Part shown: piece after piece, positions 28,722-37,945 of the stretch | How the letters are laid out: every line of letters begins with the position of its first letter | Numbering within the stretch: position 1 is the first letter of the stretch | From: an uncultured Roseobacter sp. | GTDB taxonomy: Bacteria > Pseudomonadota > Alphaproteobacteria > Rhodobacterales > Rhodobacteraceae | Direction of reading: 5' to 3' | Assembly (NCBI RefSeq): GCF_947493125.1 | Contig: NZ_CANLQB010000008.1 | Location: 115,075-179,074, forward strand | Length of the DNA: 64,000 bases | Translations under genes and position numbers: made by a program | Notes under the pieces: model-generated | What the model was told of the DNA's origin: nothing | The model's database searches: none | What the model saw: the letters and a program-made list of their open reading frames with translations, nothing else

Positions 28722-29351
28722 TCAAGCTTTGTGACGCGGGAGTTGCGCAAAGGGTTTGACCAGCGCGCGGGCGACCATCTCGAGCCGGTCCTGGCCGTAG
28801 AACATGTCGCTCTCGACGAAATAGGTGGGCGAGCCGAGGACGTGGCGGGCGATGGCCTCGGCGGTGTTGGCGGCGTGCTGGGCTTGGGTCGCGTCGCTTT
28901 GGGCGGCCGCGATCAGGGCCGCGCCGTCCATGCCCAGCCCGTCTGCGATGGCGGCGATGGTGGCGGCATCCGCGGGGTCGGCGTCATCGCGCCAGTGGGC
29001 TTGCAGCAGGGCGCGGGAGAGGGCGTGCACGTCGAGGCCCATGGTTTGCGCGGCGATGATCGCGCCGTTGCCCAGGGCGAGCGGATTGTCGTGGTGTGTC
29101 GGGCGGCGCATGATCCAGGGCAGCTCGCGGACTTCTGCCCAGCGGGTGATCTCGCGCCCGAAGAAGTAGTAGCTGTGGGTCTTGGAGCGGGCGCTGAACG
29201 GGGCACTGCCCGCGGCGGCGACGACCGGGTTGAGGTCGATGGGTTTGTGGATGACCCGGGCGTCGTGCTCTGCGGCGATCTCGGCGAGCCGCCAGGCGCC
29301 CAAGTAGGCGAAGACGGAGTGACAGGCATAGAAATATTCGATCTCTTTCAT
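28722..29351 (-). CDS. 2-hydroxychromene-2-carboxylate isomerase family (DsbA-like) protein
   Basis: 209 aa with the family-typical N-terminus (IEYFYACHSVFAYLG) and a DsbA-like fold pattern. Confidence 0.75.
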   Translation of the reverse strand: MKEIEYFYACHSVFAYLGAWRLAEIAAEHDARVIHKPIDLNPVVAAAGSAPFSARSKTHSYYFFGREITRWAEVRELPWIMRRPTHHDNPLALGNGAIIAAQTMGLDVHALSRALLQAHWRDDADPADAATIAAIADGLGMDGAALIAAAQSDATQAQHAANTAEAIARHVLGSPTYFVESDMFYGQDRLEMVARALVKPFAQLPRHKA

Positions 29352-29355
29352 GGGG

Positions 29356-30399
29356 TTACCTTTCCTCGGCCAGGTGGCGCGCGTCGCGGGCCATGAGTGT
29401 GATCACGTCGCGCAGGCGGTCGGTGTCCTTGGGGTTGGAGGCGTTGCCGTCGAGGCCGCGTTTCAGCACGCCTTGCAGGATCGCGAGCAGACGGAAGTAG
29501 GAAAAGACCACGTAGAAGGTCCAATGATCGGGGTGGGCGAGGCCCCGGCGGGCGCAGTAGTCCGCGACATAGGCGCCCTCATCCGGCAGCCCGAGGGCCG
29601 CGCGATCCACGCCGCCCAAGCCCCGGAAGTGCCCGGCGTGCGGCAGGCGCCAGTGCATGCACTGATAGGCGAGGTCGGCCAGCGGATGGCCAAGGGTGCT
29701 GAGCTCCCAGTCGAGCAGGGCGATGACGTCCTCGCGGTCGGGCGCGAAGATCATGTTGTCGATGCGGTAGTCGCCATGCACGATGCTGGCCGCGCCATCG
29801 TCTGCGACCATATGCTCCTCGAGCCAGCGCATCAGCTCGTCCGCATCGGGCAGCGGGTCGGTCGCGGTTTGGGTGTATTGCCCGGACCAGCGGGCGAGCT
29901 GGCGGGCGAAGTAGTTGCCGGGCTTGCCGTAATCCGCGAGGCCTACCGCGCCCGGGTCGACATCGTGCAGGGCGGCGAGGGTTGCGTTCATCGTGTCGTA
30001 GATGCGGGTGCGGGCGGCGGTGTCGAGCTGAGGCAGTGCCGGGTCCCAGAAGATGCGGCCTTCGACCATCTGCATGACCATGAATTGCGTGCCGAGGGGC
30101 GTGTCTTCGCCCGAGAGGTGGTAAACGTCAGGGACCGGAACGGGGGTCGGGCCAAGGGCCTTCATCACGCGGAACTCGCGATCGACCGCGTGGGCGGACT
30201 TCAGGAGCGTGCCCGGGGGTTTGGCGCGCAGGACGTAAGCCGCCGCGCCGCTTGTGATGCGGTAGGTGGGGTTCGACTGGCCGTCGGAGAACTTGTCGAT
30301 TGCATCCAGCGTGCCGAAGCCCGGCACATGGGTCGCCAGATAGGCCTCCAGTTCGGCGGGCTCAAAGCTGTGCATCGCGGCGGCTCCCTGATGACCCAT
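29356..30399 (-). CDS. Phosphotransferase (APH / ACAD10-11 N-terminal kinase-like) family protein
   Basis: Only the 3' third of the 1193-aa ORF looks genuine. Motifs: FSDGQSNPTYRI, catalytic IVHGDYRIDNMIF, and DWELSTLGHPLADL. The start is one of 30375, 30399 or 30405; 30399 has GGGGAG 6 nt upstream. Confidence 0.85.
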   Translation of the reverse strand: MGHQGAAAMHSFEPAELEAYLATHVPGFGTLDAIDKFSDGQSNPTYRITSGAAAYVLRAKPPGTLLKSAHAVDREFRVMKALGPTPVPVPDVYHLSGEDTPLGTQFMVMQMVEGRIFWDPALPQLDTAARTRIYDTMNATLAALHDVDPGAVGLADYGKPGNYFARQLARWSGQYTQTATDPLPDADELMRWLEEHMVADDGAASIVHGDYRIDNMIFAPDREDVIALLDWELSTLGHPLADLAYQCMHWRLPHAGHFRGLGGVDRAALGLPDEGAYVADYCARRGLAHPDHWTFYVVFSYFRLLAILQGVLKRGLDGNASNPKDTDRLRDVITLMARDARHLAEER

Positions 30400-30471
30400 G
30401 GACATCTCCCCGCGATCTAAGCAACTCTGCGCGGGCGGGGAAAGCCCAGATTGCCAACCGGGGAGGTGCAG

Positions 30472-31701
30472 ATGGAATTCGGAATGCGCGAAGAGACCCG
30501 TGCTCTGCTCGACCGGGTGGCGGTGATGATCCGCGAGGAGGTGATGCCGCTGGAAGCGGAGTATCACGCCGAGATCGGCAAGGAGGACCGCTGGGCCTAT
30601 ACGGAGCGGCAGGCGGAGATTCTCGAAGGGCTGAAGGCCAAGGCCAAGGCGGCGGGGCTGTGGAATTTCTGGCTGACCGACTCCGAGCGGGGCTTTGGGC
30701 TGTCGACGGTCGAATACGCCTATTTTGCCGAGGAGATGGGGCGCACGCCACTGGGGGCGGAGGTGTTCAACTGTTCGGCGCCCGATACCGGCAACATGGA
30801 GGTGTTCGAGCGCTATGGCACGCCCGCCATGAAAGAGCGATGGCTCGCGCCGCTGCTCGAGGGCGAGATCCGGTCGGCATATTTGATGACGGAGCCGGAG
30901 GTGGCCTCGTCGGATGCGACGAATATCGCGATGTCCTGCGTGCGGGACGGAGATGCGTATGTCTTGACGGGTGAAAAGTACTGGGCGAGCGGGGCGGGCG
31001 ACCCGCGCTGCGCGGTGTATATCGTGATGGTGAAGACCGGCGGGGAGGACGCGCCGAAGCACAAGCGGCATTCGATGATCGTGGTGGATGCCGAGACACC
31101 GGGGATCGAGATCCTGCGGCCCATGATGGTCTTTGGTCATGACGACGCGCCGCATGGGCATATGCACATTCGGTTCAACAATGTGCGGGTGCCGGCGGAA
31201 AACCTGCTGCTCGGCGAGGGGCGGGGGTTTGAGATTGCGCAGGGCCGCCTGGGGCCGGGGCGGATTCACCACTGTATGCGGTCCGTGGGGCAGGCGGAGG
31301 CGGCGCTGGAGCTGCTTTGCCAGCGGTCGTTGCGCAAGGAGGCCTTCGGCAAGCTGCTCGCACAGCTGGGGGCGAATTTCGACATCATCGCCGAGTGCCG
31401 GATGGAGATCGAGATGGCGCGGCTGTTGTGCCTGAAGGCGGCCTGGATGATGGACCAGGGCGATGCGCGCGCGGCGGCACCGTGGATTTCCCAGATCAAG
31501 GTGGTGGCACCCCGCATGGCGCTGAAGGTGCTGGACGAGGCGATGCAGATGCACGGCGGCCAAGGCATCAGTCAGGACACGCCGCTCGCCATGGCCTGGA
31601 CCTGGCAGCGGGCGCTGCGCTTTGCCGATGGGCCCGATGCGGTGCACCGGCGGCAGGTGGCGCGAGCTGAGCTGCGCAAATACACGCAAGAGAAGATCTG
31701 A
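30472..31701 (+). CDS. Acyl-CoA dehydrogenase, ACAD10/11 (FadE2)-type
   Basis: GGGGAGG SD upstream. Motifs EGRGFEIAQGRLGPGRIHHCMR and LRFADGPDAVHRRQVARAEL are characteristic of the ACAD10/11-like clade. Confidence 0.9.
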   Translation: MEFGMREETRALLDRVAVMIREEVMPLEAEYHAEIGKEDRWAYTERQAEILEGLKAKAKAAGLWNFWLTDSERGFGLSTVEYAYFAEEMGRTPLGAEVFNCSAPDTGNMEVFERYGTPAMKERWLAPLLEGEIRSAYLMTEPEVASSDATNIAMSCVRDGDAYVLTGEKYWASGAGDPRCAVYIVMVKTGGEDAPKHKRHSMIVVDAETPGIEILRPMMVFGHDDAPHGHMHIRFNNVRVPAENLLLGEGRGFEIAQGRLGPGRIHHCMRSVGQAEAALELLCQRSLRKEAFGKLLAQLGANFDIIAECRMEIEMARLLCLKAAWMMDQGDARAAAPWISQIKVVAPRMALKVLDEAMQMHGGQGISQDTPLAMAWTWQRALRFADGPDAVHRRQVARAELRKYTQEKI

Positions 31702-31989
31702 CCTCTTTTTTGGCGGTTTTGCGCCCGCCTGAGTTGAAAGATGGTGTCTGGATGGAACCCGCGCAGAGCGCGCGCTGTTGGCCAGATGAGTCCTGTCCGC
31801 CCGTTGCGGCGGCAGGATGGGTTTAACCAGTGCCTGGGGAGCAGTGTAACGAGTGCCCGGCGGGTTGGGTCGCTGGCCCGACCCGCTGCGGTTTTCGGCG
31901 GACCGTCTGCGCTTTCGCGTGTCGCTGGCACCAATGCGGCGTCGTTTTTTGAATTGAGCCTCGTGCGGTTGTCTTTCACAGTAGAACCC

Positions 31990-32970
31990 ATGCGCGCGCC
32001 CGTGATCGACAATCTGCAATACGCGAAGTTTTCCCCCGGCATCTTCCGGGAGATGCGCGAGGGCGGCGTGGATGCGGTGCATGTCACCATCGCCTACCAC
32101 GAGAGCTTTCGCGAGATGGTGCTGAACCTCGAGCGCTGGAACCGCTGGTTCGAGGACCATCCCGATCTGATCTTCAAGGGCATCTCGGCCGAGGACGTGA
32201 TACGGGCGCAAGAAAGCGGGCGCACGGCGATTTTCTTTGGGTTCCAGAACCCCAGCCCCATCGAGGATGACGTCGGGCTGGTGGAGATCTGCCACCAGTT
32301 GGGCGTGCGCTTCATGCAGCTGACCTATAACAACCAGTCTCTGCTCGCGACGGGCTGCTATGAGGCGGAGGATACGGGGCTCACGCGCATGGGCCGCGCC
32401 GTGGTGGCCGAGATGAACCGTGTGGGGATGGTGGTGGACATGTCGCATTCCGCGGAACGTTCGACGCTGGAGGCGATTGAGTATTCTACCCGGCCCATTG
32501 CAATCACCCATGCCAACCCCGCGTGGTGGCATGAGGCCTTGCGCAACAAGTCCGATACCGTGCTGCGCGCGCTGACCGAGGCGGGCGGGATGCTGGGGGT
32601 GTCGATCTATCCGCATCATCTGAAGGGTGGCAGCGCCTGCACGCTGGAGGAGTTCTGCGCGATGATTGCTGAGGCGGCGCAGCGCTATGGTGCGCGGCAT
32701 CTGGGGCTGGGCTCGGACCTCTGCCAGGATCAGCCGGACAGCGTGGTGGAGTGGATGCGCGTGGGCCGCTGGACCAAAGGGGTGGACTATGGTGAGGGCT
32801 CGGCAGCGGCGCCCGGCTTTCCACCGATGCCAGCGTGGTTCTCGGGCAACTGCGATTTCGGTTTCATCCGGGATGGGTTGCTGGCGACAGGCCTCAGCGC
32901 GGAGGAGGTCGACGGCATCATGGGTGGCAACTGGCATCGGTTCTATGCCGAGAGTTTTGGCCCGTCATGA
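31990..32970 (+). CDS. Membrane-dipeptidase (peptidase M19) family protein
   Basis: Start set at MRAPVIDNLQ. M19 pattern present (VDMSHSAERSTLEAIE, ITHANP, LGLGSDL). Confidence 0.85.
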   Translation: MRAPVIDNLQYAKFSPGIFREMREGGVDAVHVTIAYHESFREMVLNLERWNRWFEDHPDLIFKGISAEDVIRAQESGRTAIFFGFQNPSPIEDDVGLVEICHQLGVRFMQLTYNNQSLLATGCYEAEDTGLTRMGRAVVAEMNRVGMVVDMSHSAERSTLEAIEYSTRPIAITHANPAWWHEALRNKSDTVLRALTEAGGMLGVSIYPHHLKGGSACTLEEFCAMIAEAAQRYGARHLGLGSDLCQDQPDSVVEWMRVGRWTKGVDYGEGSAAAPGFPPMPAWFSGNCDFGFIRDGLLATGLSAEEVDGIMGGNWHRFYAESFGPS

Positions 32971-34619
32971 AGGATCATGTCGCCCCGCACCAGGCGCCGC
33001 TGCGCCCGCCTGCCCAGGTGATGCGGCTGAGCCGGATGGGGTCGATGTTCCCCACGCGGCTGTCGTTTCTGCGCACGCTGATGCGGTTTCTGGCCGCTGA
33101 AAAGGCGCAGGTGTCGCGTCCTGTGTGGCAGATGTGCCCGGAAGGGTATGGCCATGCGGTTTATGCGCTGTCCTTCGGCGGGCACACCTATTCCCTTGTG
33201 GCCGTGTCGACGGCGCTGGCCCCGGAGGACCGGACGGACCGGGTGATCGCCGAGGCCTGGGACAGTTCCTATGTGCTCTATGACGGCGTGCCGGATGCGG
33301 ATGAGATTGCGCGCATGTGTGCCACAGCACCCCGGCAGGAGGCCGCGCGGTTCACGGAGCGCGATCTGGTGCTGAGCCGGGCGAACAAATCGGTGCGGCT
33401 CTTTCAGCATGTGGTGGAGCGGTTGCGGGCGGGCCAGCAGCCCGACCGGCAGATGGTGGGCGAGATCGGCTATCTGATGCGCACCACCGCCGTTTATGGC
33501 AACGGCAAGTTCGGGATTGCGGATCGGTCGTGTATCGACACACGGCCGGGGCTCTCGGGGCCGTTCATGGCCGAGATGCTGACGGTCTGGCTGATCCGGC
33601 AGTTCACCCATGATCTGGTCGAGCACGTGGGGCAAGGCAGGTTGGACCGTGATCTCAAGCGGCATCTCGGCATCGGCAATTCCACGGGGCTGGGCATGGC
33701 GCCGTTTCTGGTCACGCACCCGGTGCTGTTGAACAATTGGATGCTGGCGCGGGAAACGGCGCTGGCACGGGTGCGGGCGGTGCGGCATCTGGAGCCTGAG
33801 CGGGCGGTGCGGCTTGTGGCCCTGGCGGACCGGGCGCGGCGGCATCTGGCAGAGTGGTGCGTTCCCGATGCGGCACATCAGGCGCGGATCGACCGGCTGC
33901 GCGCCGATTGGGTGCGGTTTGCCGGAGGGATCACGGCTAAGGCTCTGGCGGAGGAGGGGGCTCTGGAGCGGCTGATCCGCGCGTCTGGCACGCAGAGCGA
34001 GGACCTGCAGGAACTTTTGGTGGCGCTGGCGCTTGAGCCGTTTCCGGAGTTGGTGGACGGGTTGGCCGACTGCATGGCTGACCCGGTTGGACCGGTGGCG
34101 GCGCCCTTGGCGGATACGGCGCAGCTGCGGGATGAGATCGCGTGCCACTTTGGCTGGGCGTTGGCGCCGGATTACGCGGATGCGGCCCAGTGCCGCCAGT
34201 TCTGGTATGTGAGCGAAGCCAAGCAGGAGCCGCGGCTCGGCGACCGGTTTGCGGAGGAGGGAGCCGCGCTGGAGAGTCCGCTGGATATCGGTCGCAGGAT
34301 CAAGGCGCTGTTTTTGGATTTGCCAGAGCGGTCAGAGGATGTGCGCGCATTTCTTGCCCGGTCTCCTGAGCATTTCTTGGCCGTTGCGCGTGTGGCACTG
34401 GCCGCGGGGTATCCTTATGCGGAGATCCGCGACAATCTGATCGGAGCCGGGTGCCTGCCCATCGACATGCTGCGCTGCAAGCTGGCTTTCTTTGGCGCGT
34501 CGAAGTTCGATCCGAAGTCGGATCGCTGGACGCGCATCACCCTCTGTCAGGGGGCACCGCTGGCGGACGAGCTCGACAGACGGGCGGATGACTGGTGGCT
34601 ACCGGTCTTTGACGCATGA
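32967..34619 (+). CDS. Conserved-looking hypothetical protein, 550 aa, no recognised domain
   Basis: Start MKDHV overlaps the M19 stop (ATGA), and its stop overlaps the next start (ATGA). Codon usage and GC match the host. Confidence 0.7.
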   Translation: MKDHVAPHQAPLRPPAQVMRLSRMGSMFPTRLSFLRTLMRFLAAEKAQVSRPVWQMCPEGYGHAVYALSFGGHTYSLVAVSTALAPEDRTDRVIAEAWDSSYVLYDGVPDADEIARMCATAPRQEAARFTERDLVLSRANKSVRLFQHVVERLRAGQQPDRQMVGEIGYLMRTTAVYGNGKFGIADRSCIDTRPGLSGPFMAEMLTVWLIRQFTHDLVEHVGQGRLDRDLKRHLGIGNSTGLGMAPFLVTHPVLLNNWMLARETALARVRAVRHLEPERAVRLVALADRARRHLAEWCVPDAAHQARIDRLRADWVRFAGGITAKALAEEGALERLIRASGTQSEDLQELLVALALEPFPELVDGLADCMADPVGPVAAPLADTAQLRDEIACHFGWALAPDYADAAQCRQFWYVSEAKQEPRLGDRFAEEGAALESPLDIGRRIKALFLDLPERSEDVRAFLARSPEHFLAVARVALAAGYPYAEIRDNLIGAGCLPIDMLRCKLAFFGASKFDPKSDRWTRITLCQGAPLADELDRRADDWWLPVFDA

Positions 34620-35113
34620 GCTGGTCGGGAGCCGAGGTGTCGGCGCTGGCCGCCAAGGCCGCGCGCGGCGCGGGGGCGCCTGCCGGTCAGGCCGCGCTTT
34701 TCGGGCAGGCAGCCGCTTTGCATCTGCAGCAGGGGCGCGGGGCGGGCGCTTTGGCGGAGGCGCTGGAGACGCTGCCGGAGGGCCCGATCATGGATTTGCC
34801 GCTGGTGCTGCAGGAGGCCTTGCCGGTCGCCCGGAGCGGTGGAGAGATCGACGTTGTCTGGGCGGGGGATGTGGCGCTTGCGTGGAGCTATCTGGAGACA
34901 ATGCCGTATCGCTGCGATGTGGAACTCGAGCGCCCGGGTGGTCTGAAGGTGCGGTTTTCGCCGCGCTCTGACGCGCGCCCACGCGCGCAGCGCATTTCCG
35001 GCTGTGAAGAGCTGCTGCATAAGATGGCCACGCTGGCGGCGAAAACCCTTGTGCCGGACAGCGCCGCGTCCCGATCCGGTGGCGCGGGGGCTGGCCTCAC
35101 CGACAATGACTGA
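34616..35113 (+). CDS. DUF3726-like protein
   Basis: 165 aa. The N-terminus MSWSGAEVSALAAKAARGAGAPAGQAALFGQAA resembles DUF3726. Translationally coupled to the 550-aa ORF. Confidence 0.55.
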   Translation: MSWSGAEVSALAAKAARGAGAPAGQAALFGQAAALHLQQGRGAGALAEALETLPEGPIMDLPLVLQEALPVARSGGEIDVVWAGDVALAWSYLETMPYRCDVELERPGGLKVRFSPRSDARPRAQRISGCEELLHKMATLAAKTLVPDSAASRSGGAGAGLTDND

Positions 35114-35122
35114 GCGGGTAGG

Positions 35123-35196
35123 GGTGGCCTGAAAGCCCACCCCACCTGCCGGCACCGAGCTCAGGACAGGCAGGTCAGGTGGGCTTTCAGGCCACC
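35123..35196. repeat. ~75-bp palindromic intergenic repeat, copy 1
   Basis: GGTGGCCTGAAAGCCCACC ... CCTGCC ... GGCAGG ... GGTGGGCTTTCAGGCCACC. The 19-nt arms are identical to those of copy 2 at 44679-44753. The right arm contains the truA stop and its last 3 codons. Confidence 0.85.
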
Positions 35197-35969
35197 TTTG
35201 GTCGCGCAAACGGGTCCTGAGGGTAGCGCACCGCGGCAAGGTAAAGCCCCTGCGGCGGGCAGACCGGACCGCAGGCGGCGCGGTTGCGCGCGGCGAGCGC
35301 GTCGGCGACCTGATCCGGCGCCCAGGATCCGGTGCCGACGCGCTCCAGCGTGCCGACAAAGCTGCGCACCTGATTGTGCAGGAAGGACCGTGCACGCACG
35401 TCGAAATGCACCTCGGGCCCGTACCGCGTCTCGACGTGTGTCACGTCCAACCGGTCGAGTGTTTTCACCGGGCTGTCGGATTGGCAGATGGACGAGCGGA
35501 AGGTGGTGAAGTCATGCCGTCCGATCAGATGAGCCGCGCCCGCCTGCATCGCATCCACCTCGAGGTCATGCTTCACCTGCCAGACCAGCCCGGCCTGATG
35601 GGTCGCCGGGGCCCGGCGCATCAGGAGGCGGAAGAGGTAGCGCCGCTCCCGCGCTGAGAAGCGCGCGTGCCAGTCGTCAGCCACGCGCGCGCAGTTGATG
35701 ATGGCCACGGGATCAGGCTTCAGATGGTGGTTCAGTGCCTCCGACAGCCGGAACGGGTCCCACTCCGCGGCCATGTCGCAGTGGGCCACTTGTCCGAGCG
35801 CGTGCACGCCTGCATCGGTCCGTCCGGCTGCGGCAATCTTATGGGTTCCGGGCTCCAGCTTGGCCAGTGCGGCTTCGATCGCGCCCTGTACAGAGGGTTG
35901 GTCGGCCTGCCGTTGCCAGCCGGCAAAGGGCGCGCCGTGGTATTCGATTTTCAAGGCATAACGCGGCAT
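35187..35969 (-). CDS. truA: tRNA pseudouridine(38-40) synthase
   Basis: [21 protein letters not shown] and the catalytic-Asp region [10 protein letters not shown]. Confidence 0.9.
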   Translation of the reverse strand: MPRYALKIEYHGAPFAGWQRQADQPSVQGAIEAALAKLEPGTHKIAAAGRTDAGVHALGQVAHCDMAAEWDPFRLSEALNHHLKPDPVAIINCARVADDWHARFSARERRYLFRLLMRRAPATHQAGLVWQVKHDLEVDAMQAGAAHLIGRHDFTTFRSSICQSDSPVKTLDRLDVTHVETRYGPEVHFDVRARSFLHNQVRSFVGTLERVGTGSWAPDQVADALAARNRAACGPVCPPQGLYLAAVRYPQDPFARPKVA

Positions 35970-36083
35970 GGCGCTGGCCCTAGCGCGGTGCTGCGCGCGC
36001 GTCAAATGGCTTTGCCCCCTCTGGTGCCTCGGCGCGCCAGCGCCTATGTAGCGCAGAACAAGAACTGCAGGGGCAGCAAGGCT

Positions 36084-37499
36084 TTGGTCATCACTTCACT
36101 CGCCGACACGGTGCTGCGGCAGATCGAGACCGTGCAGGACACCGTGACGGAGACGTTCTTCGAGCCGGTGATCCGGGTGGGCGTGACCGGGCTCGCGCGC
36201 TCGGGCAAGACGGTGTTCATCACCTCGCTGATTGCCAATCTGCTGGACCGGGGGCGCATGCCGCATCTGGTGGCGGCTGCCGAGGGCCGCATCGAGGCGG
36301 CGTTTTTGCAGCCACAGCCCGATGACACCCTGCCGCGGTTCGATTTCGAGACGCATCTGAGCCAGTTGACCGCGCGGGAGCCGGTCTGGCCGGAGAGCAC
36401 GCGGGCGGTCTCGGAGCTGCGGCTGTCGCTGCGGGTGCGCCGGGCGGGGTTGCTCGCCGGGTTGCAGGGGCCGCGCACGATCCATATCGACATCGTGGAT
36501 TATCCCGGCGAGTGGCTGCTCGATCTGGCGCTGCTGGAGAAGGATTATGCGACCTGGTCGGCGGATGTCCTGGCGCGGCTGGCCGACCGGCCCGAGGCGG
36601 AGGCGTTCCGGGCGCTCGTGGCGGAGACCGATCCAGCGGCGGCACTGGAGGAGCCTGTGGCGAAGGCGTTGGCGGAGGCCTTCACCGGCTATCTGCAGGC
36701 GGCCCGCGTCTCGGGGTATTATGATTGCACGCCGGGGCGGTTTCTGCTGCCGGGCGATCTTGCCGGTTCACCGGTGTTGACTTTTGCGCCGCTGCCGGGG
36801 GACACACCGGGTCCACGCCGCTCGCTGATCCGCGAGATGGCGCGGCGGTTCGAGGCCTATAAGCGCGAGGTGGTGCGGCCCTTCTTTCGGGATCATTTTG
36901 CGCGGATCGACCGTCAGGTGGTGCTGGTGGATGCATTGGGGGCGATCCACAAGGGGCCGCGCGCGGTGGAGGATATGCGCGGGGCGATGGCGGATATTCT
37001 CGGGGCCTTCCGGCCTGGTCAGAATGCCTTTCTCACACAGCTGTTTCAGGGCAAGCGGGTGGAGAAGATCCTTTTTGCCGCTACCAAGGCCGACCATCTG
37101 CACCACCGCCAGCACGGGCGGCTGACCGCGATCATGGAGGCGCTGCTGCGCGGGGCCGTGGACCGGGCGCGCTTTGCCGGGGCAGAGACCGCGGCCATGG
37201 CCATTGCCTCGCTGCGCGCGACCACCGAAGACACCATGCCCCACGAGGGCCAGGAGATCGATGTGGTGCGCGGCACGCTGCTGGAAAGCGGCAAGCAGGC
37301 GGCGTTCTACCCCGGGGCGCTGCCCGAGGACCCTGCGCAGCTGCTGGCCCCGGCGAAGGCGGGGGCCGAGACCTGGCTCGATCAGGACTACCGTGTGATG
37401 AATTTCGCACCTTCGCCGCTTACTTTGCGCCCCGGCGACGGCCCGCCGCATATCCGGCTTGATAAGGCCGCTCAATTCCTTTTAGGGGATAGGCTATGA
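36084..37499 (+). CDS. ycjX: YcjX-like P-loop NTPase (DUF463)
   Basis: [25 protein letters not shown] (Walker A) and full-length YcjX-like sequence. The start is uncertain. TTG at 36084 gives 471 aa, close to E. coli YcjX. ATG at 36006 is the alternative. Confidence 0.8.
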   Translation: MVITSLADTVLRQIETVQDTVTETFFEPVIRVGVTGLARSGKTVFITSLIANLLDRGRMPHLVAAAEGRIEAAFLQPQPDDTLPRFDFETHLSQLTAREPVWPESTRAVSELRLSLRVRRAGLLAGLQGPRTIHIDIVDYPGEWLLDLALLEKDYATWSADVLARLADRPEAEAFRALVAETDPAAALEEPVAKALAEAFTGYLQAARVSGYYDCTPGRFLLPGDLAGSPVLTFAPLPGDTPGPRRSLIREMARRFEAYKREVVRPFFRDHFARIDRQVVLVDALGAIHKGPRAVEDMRGAMADILGAFRPGQNAFLTQLFQGKRVEKILFAATKADHLHHRQHGRLTAIMEALLRGAVDRARFAGAETAAMAIASLRATTEDTMPHEGQEIDVVRGTLLESGKQAAFYPGALPEDPAQLLAPAKAGAETWLDQDYRVMNFAPSPLTLRPGDGPPHIRLDKAAQFLLGDRL

Positions 37500-37945
37500 G
37501 CGAAATCATCATATCCCCGGCGCGCACGCTGGATGCGGGGGCTGTGGGGCATATCCTGTCTGTGTCGAACGATGCCATGCCGTGGCTGCCGCGACTGCAT
37601 TCGGCGGCGGAGGAGATCATGTACGCCGGTGACATGATCGAGGCGGGCTGGGTGCGCGTGGCCAAGCGGAATGGCAAGGTCGTGGGCTTCATCGCGCGCT
37701 GGGAAGAAGAGGTGCACGCGCTCTATGTGCTGCCCGAGGCGCAGGACACGGGCGTGGGCACGGCGCTGCTGGAGGACGCGAAGGGGGAGAGCGACAAGCT
37801 CACCCTCTGGAGCTATCAGGCCAATTCCTCAGCGACGCGGTTCTACGGTTTGCGGGGCTTCATCGAGACGGCGCGCACTGATGGCAGCGACAATGACGTG
37901 GGCCTGCCCGATATCCGATTTGAGTGGGTCAAGGGCGGCGTCTGA
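37496..37945 (+). CDS. GNAT family N-acetyltransferase
   Basis: 149 aa with QxxGxG (AQDTGVGTALL). ATGA overlap with ycjX and TGATG overlap with ycjF. Confidence 0.8.
   Translation: MSEIIISPARTLDAGAVGHILSVSNDAMPWLPRLHSAAEEIMYAGDMIEAGWVRVAKRNGKVVGFIARWEEEVHALYVLPEAQDTGVGTALLEDAKGESDKLTLWSYQANSSATRFYGLRGFIETARTDGSDNDVGLPDIRFEWVKGGV

Noticed and set aside
29356-32937. 1193-aa ORF on the minus strand, the longest ORF in the window
   Set aside because: Only its last ~347 codons (29356-30399) look like protein, namely an APH-like kinase. The rest is Arg/Pro/Ala/His-rich low-complexity sequence running antisense to two well-supported plus-strand genes, the acyl-CoA dehydrogenase and the M19 dipeptidase. 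That is the usual stop-codon-poor antisense frame of a high-GC genome.
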